Source: Gemmatimonadota bacterium (GTDB lineage Bacteria > Gemmatimonadota > Gemmatimonadetes > Longimicrobiales > Gaopeijiaceae). Taken from it: a stretch of 64,000 bases of DNA. The notes under the pieces were generated by a model. The model did no database searches, was not told the origin of the DNA, and worked only from the letters and a program-made list of their open reading frames with translations. Numbering within the stretch: the stretch's first letter is position 1; every line of letters begins with the position of its first letter. The stretch spans positions 63,703-127,702 of the forward strand of contig JBDHHQ010000015.1 in NCBI GenBank assembly GCA_039589315.1, given 5' to 3'. Of this stretch, positions 20,385-30,636 are shown piece after piece. Made by a program: the position numbers and the translations under genes.

Positions 20385-21764
20385 ATGAGTGACACGATCG
20401 TCAAGGATCGCCCTGTGGAGGGCGTGACGGAGGCCCTGAACCGCGACGCGGTCATCGCGCAAGGGGCCAGGGAGCCGGAGTGGCTCCGAGAGCGTCGCCT
20501 CCATGCCTGGGGCATGTACGAGCGGACGCCGATGCCGAGCACCCGCCTCGAAGAGTGGCGGTACACAGACCTCTCGCGGCTTCTGCAGCTCGACGGCATG
20601 CTGCTGGCGGAGGACCCTGACATCCCGGATGATCCGTCCGCCTTCCCGGCTCAGCTGGTCGAGACCATGAACGAGGACCGGGACGCGGCGGGGCACCTCG
20701 TGGAAGTCGACGGTCACGTGGTTCATACCGACCTCAGCCCCGACCTGGCTTCCAAGGGTGTGGTGCTCGCGTCACTCCACGACGCCATCGAGATGCGGCC
20801 CGAGCTGGTGGAGCGGTACCTGGCGACGGAGGCGGTGCCTCCCGAGGAGGGCAAGTTCCAGGCGCTCAACGCGGCCCTGTGGACGGACGGGATCTTCCTG
20901 TTCGTGCCAAGGGGCGTGCGCCTGGAGCTTCCGGTACGAGTGACCCGATGGATCTCGGGTGGGGGTATCGCGGCCTTCTCGCGCACGCTCATAGTGGCGG
21001 AGGAGGGCTGCCAGGTCTCCTATGTGGACGAAGTCCTCTCGGACGACCTCGAATCCCAGTCCCTGGTCTCGTCCGCGGTGGAGGTCATCGCCGCAGACCA
21101 AGCTCAGGTCCAGTACGTGTCCCTACAGCGACTGGGGAGGGGCGCGTTCCACCAGTCCGCCCAACGTACACTGGCCAGCCGAGACGCGACGCTGGACACC
21201 TTGAATGTGAGCGTGGGCGCCTCGGTCGCTCGTGTCGACCTGAACGCCCAGCTACTCGGTCCCGGCGCCAATAGCGACATGCTGGGCCTCTACTTCGGTG
21301 ACGGCGACCAGCACTTCGACCACAACACCAGCCAGGACCACGTGGCGGACCACGCGGCCAGCGACCTGCTCTACAAGGGTGCGCTGGACGACGCGTCGCG
21401 TTCGGTATTCCGTGGCATCATCCGGGTGCACCCCGGCGCCCAGCGCACCGACGCATACCAGACCAACCGCAATCTTCTCCTCTCGGGCGACGCGAGAGCC
21501 GACTCGCTCCCCAACCTGGAGATCGAGGCCGACGACGTTCGCTGCTCTCACGGCGCTACGGTGGGCCATCTGGACGAGGAGGCGCTGTTCTATCTGATGA
21601 GCCGCGGCCTCGAGAAGGCAAAGGCAGAGCGCCTGGTCGTTCTCGGCTTCCTGGGCGAGGTGCTTTCGCGGCTGCCCCTTGGCGGCGTCGTAGAGAAGGT
21701 CACGCGGGTGATCGAGCAGAAGCTCGTGGTCCACTCGGCCAATGGCGACACCCGAGTAGCTTGA
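20385..21764 (+). CDS. sufD: Fe-S assembly protein SufD
   Basis: EEWRYTDL, PNLEIEADDVRCSHGATVG, FYLMSRG. ATG 20385. Confidence 0.94.
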   Translation: MSDTIVKDRPVEGVTEALNRDAVIAQGAREPEWLRERRLHAWGMYERTPMPSTRLEEWRYTDLSRLLQLDGMLLAEDPDIPDDPSAFPAQLVETMNEDRDAAGHLVEVDGHVVHTDLSPDLASKGVVLASLHDAIEMRPELVERYLATEAVPPEEGKFQALNAALWTDGIFLFVPRGVRLELPVRVTRWISGGGIAAFSRTLIVAEEGCQVSYVDEVLSDDLESQSLVSSAVEVIAADQAQVQYVSLQRLGRGAFHQSAQRTLASRDATLDTLNVSVGASVARVDLNAQLLGPGANSDMLGLYFGDGDQHFDHNTSQDHVADHAASDLLYKGALDDASRSVFRGIIRVHPGAQRTDAYQTNRNLLLSGDARADSLPNLEIEADDVRCSHGATVGHLDEEALFYLMSRGLEKAKAERLVVLGFLGEVLSRLPLGGVVEKVTRVIEQKLVVHSANGDTRVA

Positions 21765-21812
21765 CCCGGTCGGATCGAAAGGTGGCAAGGCTCACGAGTG
21801 TGCGGAACGGCC

Positions 21813-22124
21813 GTGTCTAGCTGGGTGCGGGTGGCCGGTGTCGACGAGCTCCCTGCCGGTGAGCTCCTCGGTGTGGAGGCGGAGGGAAAGAAGATCGTGC
21901 TTGCCAACGTAGCCGGCGACCTATACGCGCTGCTCGATCAGTGCTCTCATGAGGACCTACCCCTCTCGGCGGGCCTTCTGGAGGGTGAGCGGCTGGAGTG
22001 CGTCTGGCACGGGGCACAGTTCGACGTGTGCTCCGGTCGGGCCACCAGCCTGCCGGCCATTCGCCCGGTCAAGACCTTCGACGTCGACATCCGAGGCTCC
22101 GAGATCTACGTGGACGTGGACTGA
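21813..22124 (+). CDS. Rieske-type [2Fe-2S] ferredoxin
   Basis: CSH...CVWHGAQFD motifs, inside the suf operon. Confidence 0.9.
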   Translation: MSSWVRVAGVDELPAGELLGVEAEGKKIVLANVAGDLYALLDQCSHEDLPLSAGLLEGERLECVWHGAQFDVCSGRATSLPAIRPVKTFDVDIRGSEIYVDVD

Positions 22125-22142
22125 GGTTCGGAGGAGGACGAC

Positions 22143-23387
22143 GTGCAAGGCATAGCCGCTGGCCTGGACCCCGTCGCACTGCGACTCGACTTCCCCGCGC
22201 TCCAGCAGGACGTCAACGGCAAGCCCCTCGTCTACCTCGACAACGCTGCCACCTCGCAAAAGCCACGAGCGGTCATCGAAGCGGTGGCGCGGTACTATCG
22301 GGAAGACAACGCCAACGTGCACCGGGGGATTCACGAGCTGAGCCGTCGGGCCACTGTGGCGTACGAGGAATCCCGGGCCAAGGTGGCCGGCTTCATCAAC
22401 GCCTCCGATCCGTCCGAGGTCGTGTTCACCCGAGGCACGACCGAGGCCATCAACCTGGTGGCGGGCAGCTGGGGCCACGAGCTCGTGAGCGAGGGGGACG
22501 AGATCCTCCTGAGCGTTCTCGAGCACCACTCCAACATCGTACCCTGGCAACTGCTCGCTGCCAGGACGGGAGCCAGGCTTCGCTATATCGAGCTCGACGA
22601 CGAGGGGCGCATGGTCCTCGACGACCTGCCCCGACTCGTCACCCCCCGGACACGGATCGTCGCCGTCTCCCACGTGTCCAACGCCCTGGGCACCATCAAT
22701 CCGATCGGCCGGATCGCGCGAGCCGCACGTGAGCACGGTGCCCTGGTCGTGATCGACGGGGCGCAGGGCGCGGTCCACCTACCGGTGGACGTCCAGACGC
22801 TCGGCGTCGACGTCTACGCGCTCTCGGGCCACAAGATGTGCGGACCGACGGGTATAGGCGCGCTCTGGGCCCGGCGGGAGCTCCTGGAGAGCATGCCTCC
22901 GTATCACGGCGGCGGCGAGATGATCCGAGTGGTGGAGCGGGAAGCGAGCACATGGGCGGAGGTGCCGCACAAGTTCGAGGCGGGCACGCCCAACATCGCC
23001 GGCGCCATCGGTCTCGGCGCCGCGGTGGACTACCTGGCCCGCATAGGGCCCGAGGCCCTGGTCACCCACGAGCGAGACGTGGTCGGGTACGCCCTGGACC
23101 GTCTGGCGGAGCTCGAGGGGATCCGGATCTACGGGCCCCGGAGCGTCGAGGAGCGGTCGGGGATCGTGTCATTCACGCTTGGCGACGCCCACCCGCACGA
23201 CATTGCGACCATCCTGGACTCGGAAGGTGTCGCGGTACGCGCCGGGCATCACTGCGCCCAACTCGTGATGAAGTGCTTCGGGATCTCCGCTACCGCCCGC
23301 GCGTCGTTCTACCTCTACAACACCCGGGAAGACGCGGACCGTCTCGTCAGCGCCCTCCAGATCGTTCGGGAGATCTTCTCCCAATGA
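22143..23387 (+). CDS. sufS: Cysteine desulfurase SufS
   Basis: YLDNAATSQKP, SGHKMCGPTGIG, FEAGTP, RAGHHCAQ. Confidence 0.96.
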   Translation: MQGIAAGLDPVALRLDFPALQQDVNGKPLVYLDNAATSQKPRAVIEAVARYYREDNANVHRGIHELSRRATVAYEESRAKVAGFINASDPSEVVFTRGTTEAINLVAGSWGHELVSEGDEILLSVLEHHSNIVPWQLLAARTGARLRYIELDDEGRMVLDDLPRLVTPRTRIVAVSHVSNALGTINPIGRIARAAREHGALVVIDGAQGAVHLPVDVQTLGVDVYALSGHKMCGPTGIGALWARRELLESMPPYHGGGEMIRVVEREASTWAEVPHKFEAGTPNIAGAIGLGAAVDYLARIGPEALVTHERDVVGYALDRLAELEGIRIYGPRSVEERSGIVSFTLGDAHPHDIATILDSEGVAVRAGHHCAQLVMKCFGISATARASFYLYNTREDADRLVSALQIVREIFSQ

Positions 23388-23406
23388 GGGCGTGAGGTCG
23401 AGTGGA

Positions 23407-23515
23407 GCGCTTCGCGGTAAGGACCCGCACGGGGTCGATTGAGGCGCCTCGCGGTGAGGACTCGCCCGAGGCCCACCCGGACGCCTCGCACTGAGGACTC
23501 GCACGGCCGGTTGAG
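23407..23515. repeat. Three degenerate tandem repeats, 37-bp period
   Basis: Units start at 23407 (GCGCTTCGCGGTAAGGACCCGCACGG), 23444 (GCGCCTCGCGGTGAGGACTCGCCCGA) and 23481 (ACGCCTCGCACTGAGGACTCGCACGG). Confidence 0.7.
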
Positions 23516-23600
23516 GCACCCGTGCCGTGTCTCTGGAGAAAACGCCTGTTCCGTCGTTAGATTGGTTTCTCCACACCCTTCAGAAACGGGTTCCGCGGCC

Positions 23601-24059
23601 ATGAGCCAACCACAGTTGACCTCCCTCTACCAGGCCCTCATCCTGGACCACTACCGGAATCCCCGGAACAAGGCCGAGATGGAGGAACACACGGTGGAAG
23701 TTCACATGGCCAATCCCGTGTGCGGCGACGAGATCAAGCTCCAGCTACAACTCGACGAGCACCAGGGCGAGATCGTCAGGGCCAGCTTCAAGGGCCAAGG
23801 GTGCTCCATTTCCCAGGCCGCGGTCTCCATGATGACTGTGCTCCTCGAGGGCCGGAACGTGGACGACGCGGTGGGCATCGCCGAACGGTTCACCGAGATG
23901 ATGCACGGAGACGAGTCGGCGGCCCGGGACAAGAGCCTGGGTGACCTGCGCGCCCTCCAGGGGGTGAGCAAGTTCCCGGTTCGCATCAAGTGTGCGCTCC
24001 TGGGGTTCGATGCACTGCAGGAGGCGCTCAAGCAGGCCGGCCTCGGCGAGGCACACTGA
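23601..24059 (+). CDS. sufU: SUF system NifU-like sulfur-transfer protein SufU
   Basis: LYQALILDHYRNPRN, NPVCGDEI, GCSISQA, RIKCALL. Confidence 0.93.
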   Translation: MSQPQLTSLYQALILDHYRNPRNKAEMEEHTVEVHMANPVCGDEIKLQLQLDEHQGEIVRASFKGQGCSISQAAVSMMTVLLEGRNVDDAVGIAERFTEMMHGDESAARDKSLGDLRALQGVSKFPVRIKCALLGFDALQEALKQAGLGEAH

Positions 24060-24138
24060 GCCCCCCGTCGGCGGTCGTGTCTACTCGACGCCTCATCATC
24101 CCCATCTCCGCGCCCCACGACCCAGAGGGCACGAAGCC

Positions 24139-25539
24139 GTGCTCCTGACTTTCTGGGGCGCCGCCCGCACCGTCACGGGCTCCATGCACCTGTTGGAGCT
24201 CGAGGACGGCCGGCGACTCTTGATGGACTGTGGTCTCTTCCAGGGCCGGCGCGCCCGCGCGCAGGAGATCAACAGCGAGCTCCCGTTCGAGGCGGCCTCC
24301 CTCGACGCCGTCCTGCTTTCCCACGCCCACATCGACCACTCGGGCCTCCTGCCCAAGCTCCACCAGCTGGGCTTCCGCGGGCCTATCTTCGCCACTTCGG
24401 CGACGGTCGATCTCTGCTCCGCCATGCTGCCGGACAGCGCCCACATCCAGGAGAAGGACGTCCGGTACGTCAACAAGCGGCATCGGCGCAAGGGACTCCC
24501 CGCGGTCGAGCCTTTGTACGGCATGGCCGATGCCGAAGCGGTTCTGGAGGTCTTCGAGGAGGTGGACTACGGCGCCACGTTTTCACCGATTCCGGGCGTC
24601 GAAGTCGAATACCGGGATGCAGGGCACATCCTGGGTTCGGCCTCCATGGTCCTCGCCGTCCAGGAAGGCGGTCGAACGCTGCGCCTTGGGTTCACGGGAG
24701 ACGTAGGACGCTCCGACCGACCCATCCTGAGGGACCCTCAACCCATGGCGGACTGCGATTGGCTGATCTCGGAGTCGACCTACGGAGGCAAGGTCCACGA
24801 GCCTCCATCACGGTCCAAGGGCCGACTGGAGGAGGTGGTCCGCCGGACCGCGGCCCGGGGCGGGAAGGTCATCATTCCGGCCTTCGCCGTCGGGCGCACG
24901 CAGGAGATCGTCTATATCCTGGATCAACTCGAGACGGACGGAAAGCTGCCCCCGATCCCCATATTCGTGGACAGCCCTCTGGCTGTGAACGTGACGACCA
25001 CGTACCGGAACCACCCCGAGTGCTACGACGCGGACCTGCTGGAGTATTTGACCACGGACGACGACGCGTTCGGCTTTGGCCGGCTGAGCTATGTTCGCGA
25101 AGCGGAGGACTCCAAGAAGCTGAACAAGTCGCGGTTGCCGATGGTGGTCGTCTCCGCCTCGGGCATGTGCGAGGCGGGTCGGATCCTACACCATCTGAAG
25201 CACGGAGTCGAGGATCCGCGCAATACGGTCGTTATCGTTGGGTACTGTGCTGAGCACACACTTGGCAAGCGACTTGTCGATCGAGCTCCCGCGGTGCGGA
25301 TCTTCGGCGAGGAATACAGGTTGCGGGCTGAGGTCGAGGTCATGAACTCCTACTCGGCCCATGCAGACGAGCCCGAGCTGCTGAGCTTCCTGTCTCACCT
25401 GGACCGAGAGCGACTCCGGAAGGTCTTCCTCGTCCATGGGGACCCGGAGCGGCAGCAGGCGCTTTCCGCCGCTCTCGACGGGCAGGGCTACGCCGCGGTA
25501 GAGGCCCCGGGGCGAGGCCAGACCGTCCGGCTCCGCTGA
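24139..25539 (+). CDS. MBL-fold beta-CASP ribonuclease-like hydrolase
   Basis: SHAHIDHSG, AGHILGS, FTGDVG, ESTYG, ASGMCEAGRILHHL, SAHAD, LVHG. Confidence 0.92.
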   Translation: MLLTFWGAARTVTGSMHLLELEDGRRLLMDCGLFQGRRARAQEINSELPFEAASLDAVLLSHAHIDHSGLLPKLHQLGFRGPIFATSATVDLCSAMLPDSAHIQEKDVRYVNKRHRRKGLPAVEPLYGMADAEAVLEVFEEVDYGATFSPIPGVEVEYRDAGHILGSASMVLAVQEGGRTLRLGFTGDVGRSDRPILRDPQPMADCDWLISESTYGGKVHEPPSRSKGRLEEVVRRTAARGGKVIIPAFAVGRTQEIVYILDQLETDGKLPPIPIFVDSPLAVNVTTTYRNHPECYDADLLEYLTTDDDAFGFGRLSYVREAEDSKKLNKSRLPMVVVSASGMCEAGRILHHLKHGVEDPRNTVVIVGYCAEHTLGKRLVDRAPAVRIFGEEYRLRAEVEVMNSYSAHADEPELLSFLSHLDRERLRKVFLVHGDPERQQALSAALDGQGYAAVEAPGRGQTVRLR

Positions 25540-25556
25540 GCCTGACTCGGTCCGGA

Positions 25557-26870
25557 TCACGGCGTCAGCTGCAGCCGCTCGCGACGGGCTCCCAGCAGCG
25601 TCGCCGGTGCCGGAGCGGCGGGCTTCAGCAGCACTTTGATCGCCTCGCTCCGCCCATGATTCGCGGCCGCCACCAACGCGGTCCCAAACTGGCTCAGCGG
25701 AAACACGTGCGTCACGATCTCACCCACGGAAACGTCATGCTCCGTAAGCAGATCTTGAGTAATCTGAAACGTATGTTCTAATCTACCGCGCCAGCGCTCC
25801 GGCCCATATCCCAGGAAGCCCTGGACATGGAGCTCCCGGGCCCAGAGGAACGTGAGATCCAGACGCCGAAGCTCGCCCGCGCACCCGAGCAGGACGATCC
25901 GGCCGCGAGGTGATGCGTACCGCACGGACTCACCCACGCTGTCTCGACTGCCGACGCAATCGAAGATGAGCGGGAAGCCGCCGCCCGAGTAGACCTCTGG
26001 GCCAACCAGAGGCAGGTACGCCCGAGCGCCCGTGCCGACGAGCGCCTCGCGAGCCCCCTCACCGGGCGTGATGGTCTCCGTCGCCCCCAGCAGCGCGTGC
26101 ATCCTGGCCTCATGGCGACGCTTGGCCTGAGCGATGACCGGGCCTTCGAAGCCGGTGGCGCGCAGGGCCCACACGGTCGCGAGGGCGACGGCTCCGCTCC
26201 CGATCACGAGCACTGGCTGGGTCGACGCGGGTGGTGGACCCGCACGAATGACAGCCCGCATGCCAATCGACAGTGGCTCGATGAGAGCCGCCGTGCTGTC
26301 GTCGAGCGCGTCCGACACCGGAAAAAGCTGGCTCTCGTGGGCGATGGTGAGCTCACCCCACCCACCGGGAAGGTCTCGGTGGTAGCCCATCGTGAGGCCC
26401 CGCGCCAGCGGACGACCACCGATGGTCATGGGGCCCTCTTCCCCGGCGTTCTCGCACGTGGAGTGGTTGCCCGAGCGACACGAGGGACACTCGGCATCGG
26501 GCGCGTAGCCCCGCACCGTGCACGACAGGAGCGGATCCACGACCACCCGCTGCCCGACCTCCACCCGCGTGACGGCTGGTCCCGTCTTCTCGACGACGGC
26601 CAGAATCTCGTGACCGGGCACCGACGGGAACGAACCGAATGGCTCCATCGCCGGGCTGGACCGGTACGAGAGGTTGCCGACGTCGGTCCCGCAGATCCCG
26701 GAGCTGAGCACCTTGAGGCGGGCCCAGCGCGGGCCGGGGATGATGGGCTCGGGGACGTCCTGGAGGCGCAGCCCCGTGAGCCGGCCGAAGAGAGCTCCGT
26801 CGGAGATACGCCCCGCGGTTCGGGCAAACAGATACCGAGGGACGTTGACATCGAAGGTCACGGCGCGCAT
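25557..26870 (-). CDS. Zn-binding medium-chain dehydrogenase
   Basis: GICGTD, PGHE, Cys cluster CPSC..C, GSGAVAL. ATG 26870. Confidence 0.88.
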   Translation of the reverse strand: MRAVTFDVNVPRYLFARTAGRISDGALFGRLTGLRLQDVPEPIIPGPRWARLKVLSSGICGTDVGNLSYRSSPAMEPFGSFPSVPGHEILAVVEKTGPAVTRVEVGQRVVVDPLLSCTVRGYAPDAECPSCRSGNHSTCENAGEEGPMTIGGRPLARGLTMGYHRDLPGGWGELTIAHESQLFPVSDALDDSTAALIEPLSIGMRAVIRAGPPPASTQPVLVIGSGAVALATVWALRATGFEGPVIAQAKRRHEARMHALLGATETITPGEGAREALVGTGARAYLPLVGPEVYSGGGFPLIFDCVGSRDSVGESVRYASPRGRIVLLGCAGELRRLDLTFLWARELHVQGFLGYGPERWRGRLEHTFQITQDLLTEHDVSVGEIVTHVFPLSQFGTALVAAANHGRSEAIKVLLKPAAPAPATLLGARRERLQLTP

Positions 26871-27030
26871 CAGTCGCTCCGGTCGGAAGTTGCTCCCTGC
26901 CCTACGTTGGCCGTGGGAGATGGGTTTCCGAGGTCCGCCCCCGTGTTGAACGCTGCGCCGGCGGCGGGGGTACTCAGGGACGCGTCCGGAGACCGCCGCC
27001 GCTGTCCCCTCTGGCCCTGGATCACGAACC

Positions 27031-28305
27031 ATGAAGACAGCCATCGTTGCCGGGTGCCGGACTCCGTTCGCCCGAGCCGGCACGGCGTTCAAGAACCTAT
27101 CGGCGATCGAGCTCGGAAAGTACGCCGTACGGGAGGTCCTGGCCCGCGGCGACGTGCCGGGCGATGCTGTCGATCAGCTCGTCTACGGTACGGTAGTCCA
27201 TGATCCCCATGCGCCCAACATCGCGCGCGAGGTGGGTCTGGGAACATTGCCCAAGAACGTACCGGCCACCACGGTCAGCCGGGCCTGCGCCACCGCGAAT
27301 CAAGCGATCACCGACGCGGTGAACCTGATCGAGATGGGATACGCGGACGTGGTCGTCGCCGGAGGCGCGGAGTCCCTCTCCCACATCCCGATCCTGGTGA
27401 CGGACGAGCTCTCCCAAGCGCTGGTCGCGGCATCCAAGGCCAAGTCAGCGGGCCGGCGCCTCTCGGCGATCTCGGGCATCCGCCCTCGAGATCTCCTGCC
27501 GGTCCAACCCCAGATCGCCGAGCCGACGACCGGCGAGACGATGGGCGAGTCCGCGGAGCGAATGGCCAAGGAGAACGGCATCTCCCGCGAGGACCAGGAC
27601 CGGTGGGCCCTTCGGTCCCACCAGCTGGCCCTTGCAGGCACGGAGGACGGTCGCCTCTCCGCCGAGATCACTCCCGTCTACGTGCCTCCGGACTACACGC
27701 AGGTGGAGGAACGGGACAATGGCATCAGGCCCGACACGAGCCTCGAAGCCCTGGCCGCCCTGCGCCCGGTCTTCGACCGCAGTCACGGGTCGGTGACTGC
27801 CGGCAACGCGTCTCCGCTGACCGATGGGGCTTCGGCGGTGATCCTCATGTCCCAGCGCGCCCTGAAGAGCCATGGTGTGCAGCCTCTCGGCTGGGTGCGC
27901 AGCTACGCATACTCGGCTCTGGACCCCAGTGCACAGCTGCTCCAGGGACCGGCTTATGCGGCTCCGGTCGCGCTGGATCGAGCGGCGGCCACCATGAAAG
28001 ACGTCGACCTCATGGAGATGCACGAGGCCTTCGCCGCGCAGGTCCTCTCAAACCTCCAGGCCCTGGCGTCGGACCAGTTCGCCGAAGCCGAGCTCGGTCG
28101 CTCCAAAGCAGTCGGTCATCCCGACGTCGAGGTCATAAACGTCATGGGCGGCTCCATCGCCATCGGGCATCCGTTCGGCGCGACCGGTGGGCGGGTGACC
28201 CTCACTCTCCTGAACGAGATGGCGCGACGAGACGACGAGCTGGGTCTCGTTACCGTGTGCGCAGCCGGCGGAATGGGCTTCGCGATGGTCCTGGAGCGAC
28301 GCTAG
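27031..28305 (+). CDS. fadI: Acetyl-CoA C-acyltransferase (FadI-type thiolase)
   Basis: VSRACATA, GNASPLTDGAS, MHEAFAAQVL, GHPFGATG, CAAGG. Confidence 0.88.
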   Translation: MKTAIVAGCRTPFARAGTAFKNLSAIELGKYAVREVLARGDVPGDAVDQLVYGTVVHDPHAPNIAREVGLGTLPKNVPATTVSRACATANQAITDAVNLIEMGYADVVVAGGAESLSHIPILVTDELSQALVAASKAKSAGRRLSAISGIRPRDLLPVQPQIAEPTTGETMGESAERMAKENGISREDQDRWALRSHQLALAGTEDGRLSAEITPVYVPPDYTQVEERDNGIRPDTSLEALAALRPVFDRSHGSVTAGNASPLTDGASAVILMSQRALKSHGVQPLGWVRSYAYSALDPSAQLLQGPAYAAPVALDRAAATMKDVDLMEMHEAFAAQVLSNLQALASDQFAEAELGRSKAVGHPDVEVINVMGGSIAIGHPFGATGGRVTLTLLNEMARRDDELGLVTVCAAGGMGFAMVLERR

Positions 28306-28324
28306 GCGAAATGCAGAGTGGTCT

Positions 28325-28798
28325 CTACATGGCTCCGATGACCGCGCGCTCTATCTCGTCGAACGGAGGCAGGATCGACGGGTCTTCCGACATCCACGTG
28401 TAGGCGATGACCCCTCGCCGGTCGATGACGAACGCCGACCTGTTCGCGACCCCTCTCATCCCGAAGTAGTCGTCATTGAGGACCCCGTAGTCGCTGGCGG
28501 CCTCCTTGTTGAAGTCCGACGCGATGGGGAACAGCGCCCCCAGCTCCTCAGCGAACCGCTGGTTCACGAAGGCCGAGTCGATGCTTATGCCGATCACCAC
28601 GGCATCGAGGCCCGACCACCGATCATAGTCCCTGCAGACCTCATCGAGCTCCGTCGTGCAAACCGAGGAGAATGCCAAGGGGAAGAAGAGTAGCACGACG
28701 GGCTGCTCTCCCTTGTAGTCTCCCAGTCTCAGAGGTGCCTCGCCCGGCGTCAGCGTAAGGGCAAAGTCCGGAGCAGGAGTGCCGGGCTGGAGGGGCAT
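28325..28798 (-). CDS. Peroxiredoxin (AhpE-like redoxin)
   Basis: FFPLAFSSVCTTE, GISIDS, RSAFVID. Confidence 0.88.
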   Translation of the reverse strand: MPLQPGTPAPDFALTLTPGEAPLRLGDYKGEQPVVLLFFPLAFSSVCTTELDEVCRDYDRWSGLDAVVIGISIDSAFVNQRFAEELGALFPIASDFNKEAASDYGVLNDDYFGMRGVANRSAFVIDRRGVIAYTWMSEDPSILPPFDEIERAVIGAM

Positions 28799-29092
28799 GC
28801 TGGTCGTTTCCCGGTTGTGTCGCGGTCATGTTCGATCCGGCTCGAATCGCCTCACCCTCTCGGGATCGTGCCGCTCGAGCGGCGGTTGCCTCCCGCCGCA
28901 CCGCAAACTACCCATCGGCGAGGGGCGCCGCCACGCGGCCCGAGGTGCGACAGTCGGGTTGCTCGTCGGGTCGCGGAGGGCCATGGTACCGCCCGTCCCG
29001 AGCACCGCGGCCTTCCCGGACGGGTCGTGGGTCTGCTCTTGCACGACCGCGTGTCACCAACAGAGGCTTCCACCGCCGACCGAGGGTAGCAC

Positions 29093-30565
29093 TTGAGCGG
29101 GCACGGCATGTCACGGGCACAACGCGTCGGGCTCTTCCTGGGACCCGCCCTGTTCGTGGCCGTCCTGATCCTCCCGCCGCCGCCGGGGCTCTCCGCGGAA
29201 GGGTGGAGCACGGCAGCGGTGGCCCTGCTGATGGCGACCTGGTGGATGACCGAAGCCATCCCGATTCCGGCGACGGCGCTCCTTCCACTCCCGCTCTTCC
29301 CGATCCTCGGCGTTCTCGACATGTCCGGCGCTGCAGCGCCCTTCGCCAATGAGCTCATCTACCTCTTCCTGGGCGGGTTCCTCATCGCCGTCTCCATGGA
29401 GCGATGGGGTCTACATCGGCGGATCGCCCTGTCGATCATCACGGCCATCGGCACCAGCCCCAGCCGACTGGTTCTGGGCTTCATGGTGGCCACCGCGTTC
29501 CTGTCCATGTGGATCTCCAATACGGCCACCACCACCATGATGCTGCCGATTGGGGTGGCCGTGGGCACCTTGCTTCGTCCGGAGGGCCCCGAGGACGAGC
29601 CCTTCAACTTCGGCGTCGCACTGATGCTCGGGATCGCATACGCGGCATCCATCGGCGGCGTGGCCACGCTCATCGGCACCCCGCCCAATGCGGTGCTCGC
29701 GGGCGCCGTCAACGAGATGCTCGGCGTCGACATCGGCTTCGTGCAGTGGATGATGGTGGGCCTGCCCCTCACCCTCGTCATGCTTCCCGTGTGCTGGCTG
29801 GTGCTGACACGCGTGATCTACCGACCGGGGAAGCTCGCAGGTGATGCCGCGGATATCCTGGAGGCGGAACGTGCCAGCCTAGGTCGCATGAACCAGGGTG
29901 AGCGCAACGTGGGCGTCGTATTCGTGCTCACGGCGTTGGCGTGGCTGCTACGGTCCGAGAAGGCGCTCGGGGTCTTCACCCTCCCCGGCATCAACACGTT
30001 TGCGCCCGCGGTGCGCGACTCTACCATCGCCATGGCAGCCGGTGTGATTCTGTTTCTGCTGCCAGTCGATTGGCGGAAGGGTGAATTCACGCTGGACTGG
30101 CCCACCGCGCGGCGGGTGCCCTGGGGGGTACTGATCCTGTTCGGCGGCGGCCTGTCCTTGGCGCGAGCCATGGACCAGTCCGGCCTCGCCGCGTGGATCG
30201 GCGGCGGGGTCGCCGAGCTGGGCTTCCTGCCGGCGGTGCTCGTGTTCGGGGGTGTGGCCGCGCTCTTCGTCTTCCTTACCGAGCTGACCTCGAATCTGGC
30301 CACGACCACCATGGCCATGCCGGTCATGGCCGGCGTGGCGGCGGGGCTCGGCATCGCGCCGATCGCCCTCATGGCCACGGCGGCCATGGCGGCGTCGATG
30401 GCGTTCATGCTTCCGGTGGCCACGCCACCGAACGCCATCGTATTCGGGTCGGGCTACCTCACGATCCCCCAGATGGCGAAGGCCGGGTTCGTCATGAACC
30501 TCATTGCCATCGTGGTGGTCACGGTCGCGGCCACGCTACTCGTGCCGATGGTCCTGGTGCGTTGA
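29093..30565 (+). CDS. SLC13/DASS family anion:sodium symporter
   Basis: SMWISNTAT, IGTPPN, ELTSN, AFMLPVATPPNAIV. Alternative ATG 29108. Confidence 0.93.
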   Translation: MSGHGMSRAQRVGLFLGPALFVAVLILPPPPGLSAEGWSTAAVALLMATWWMTEAIPIPATALLPLPLFPILGVLDMSGAAAPFANELIYLFLGGFLIAVSMERWGLHRRIALSIITAIGTSPSRLVLGFMVATAFLSMWISNTATTTMMLPIGVAVGTLLRPEGPEDEPFNFGVALMLGIAYAASIGGVATLIGTPPNAVLAGAVNEMLGVDIGFVQWMMVGLPLTLVMLPVCWLVLTRVIYRPGKLAGDAADILEAERASLGRMNQGERNVGVVFVLTALAWLLRSEKALGVFTLPGINTFAPAVRDSTIAMAAGVILFLLPVDWRKGEFTLDWPTARRVPWGVLILFGGGLSLARAMDQSGLAAWIGGGVAELGFLPAVLVFGGVAALFVFLTELTSNLATTTMAMPVMAGVAAGLGIAPIALMATAAMAASMAFMLPVATPPNAIVFGSGYLTIPQMAKAGFVMNLIAIVVVTVAATLLVPMVLVR

Positions 30566-30636
30566 CGGGGGGCGCTTTGGTCAGGGCAGTTCGCGAGGCC
30601 CCGCCCGAGTGGCGGGGGCTCGGTCCGTTCCGACCA

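Noticed and set aside
23407..23515. Mini CRISPR array
   Set aside because: The period is only 37 bp with 9-11-nt variable segments, the repeats are degenerate and no cas genes are present.
28800..29090. Possible small ORFs or ncRNA in the larger intergenic gaps (also 1780-2120, 43520-43740, 46510-46840)
   Set aside because: No convincing RBS-led ORF, tRNA fold or known RNA motif; only generic GC-rich hairpins.
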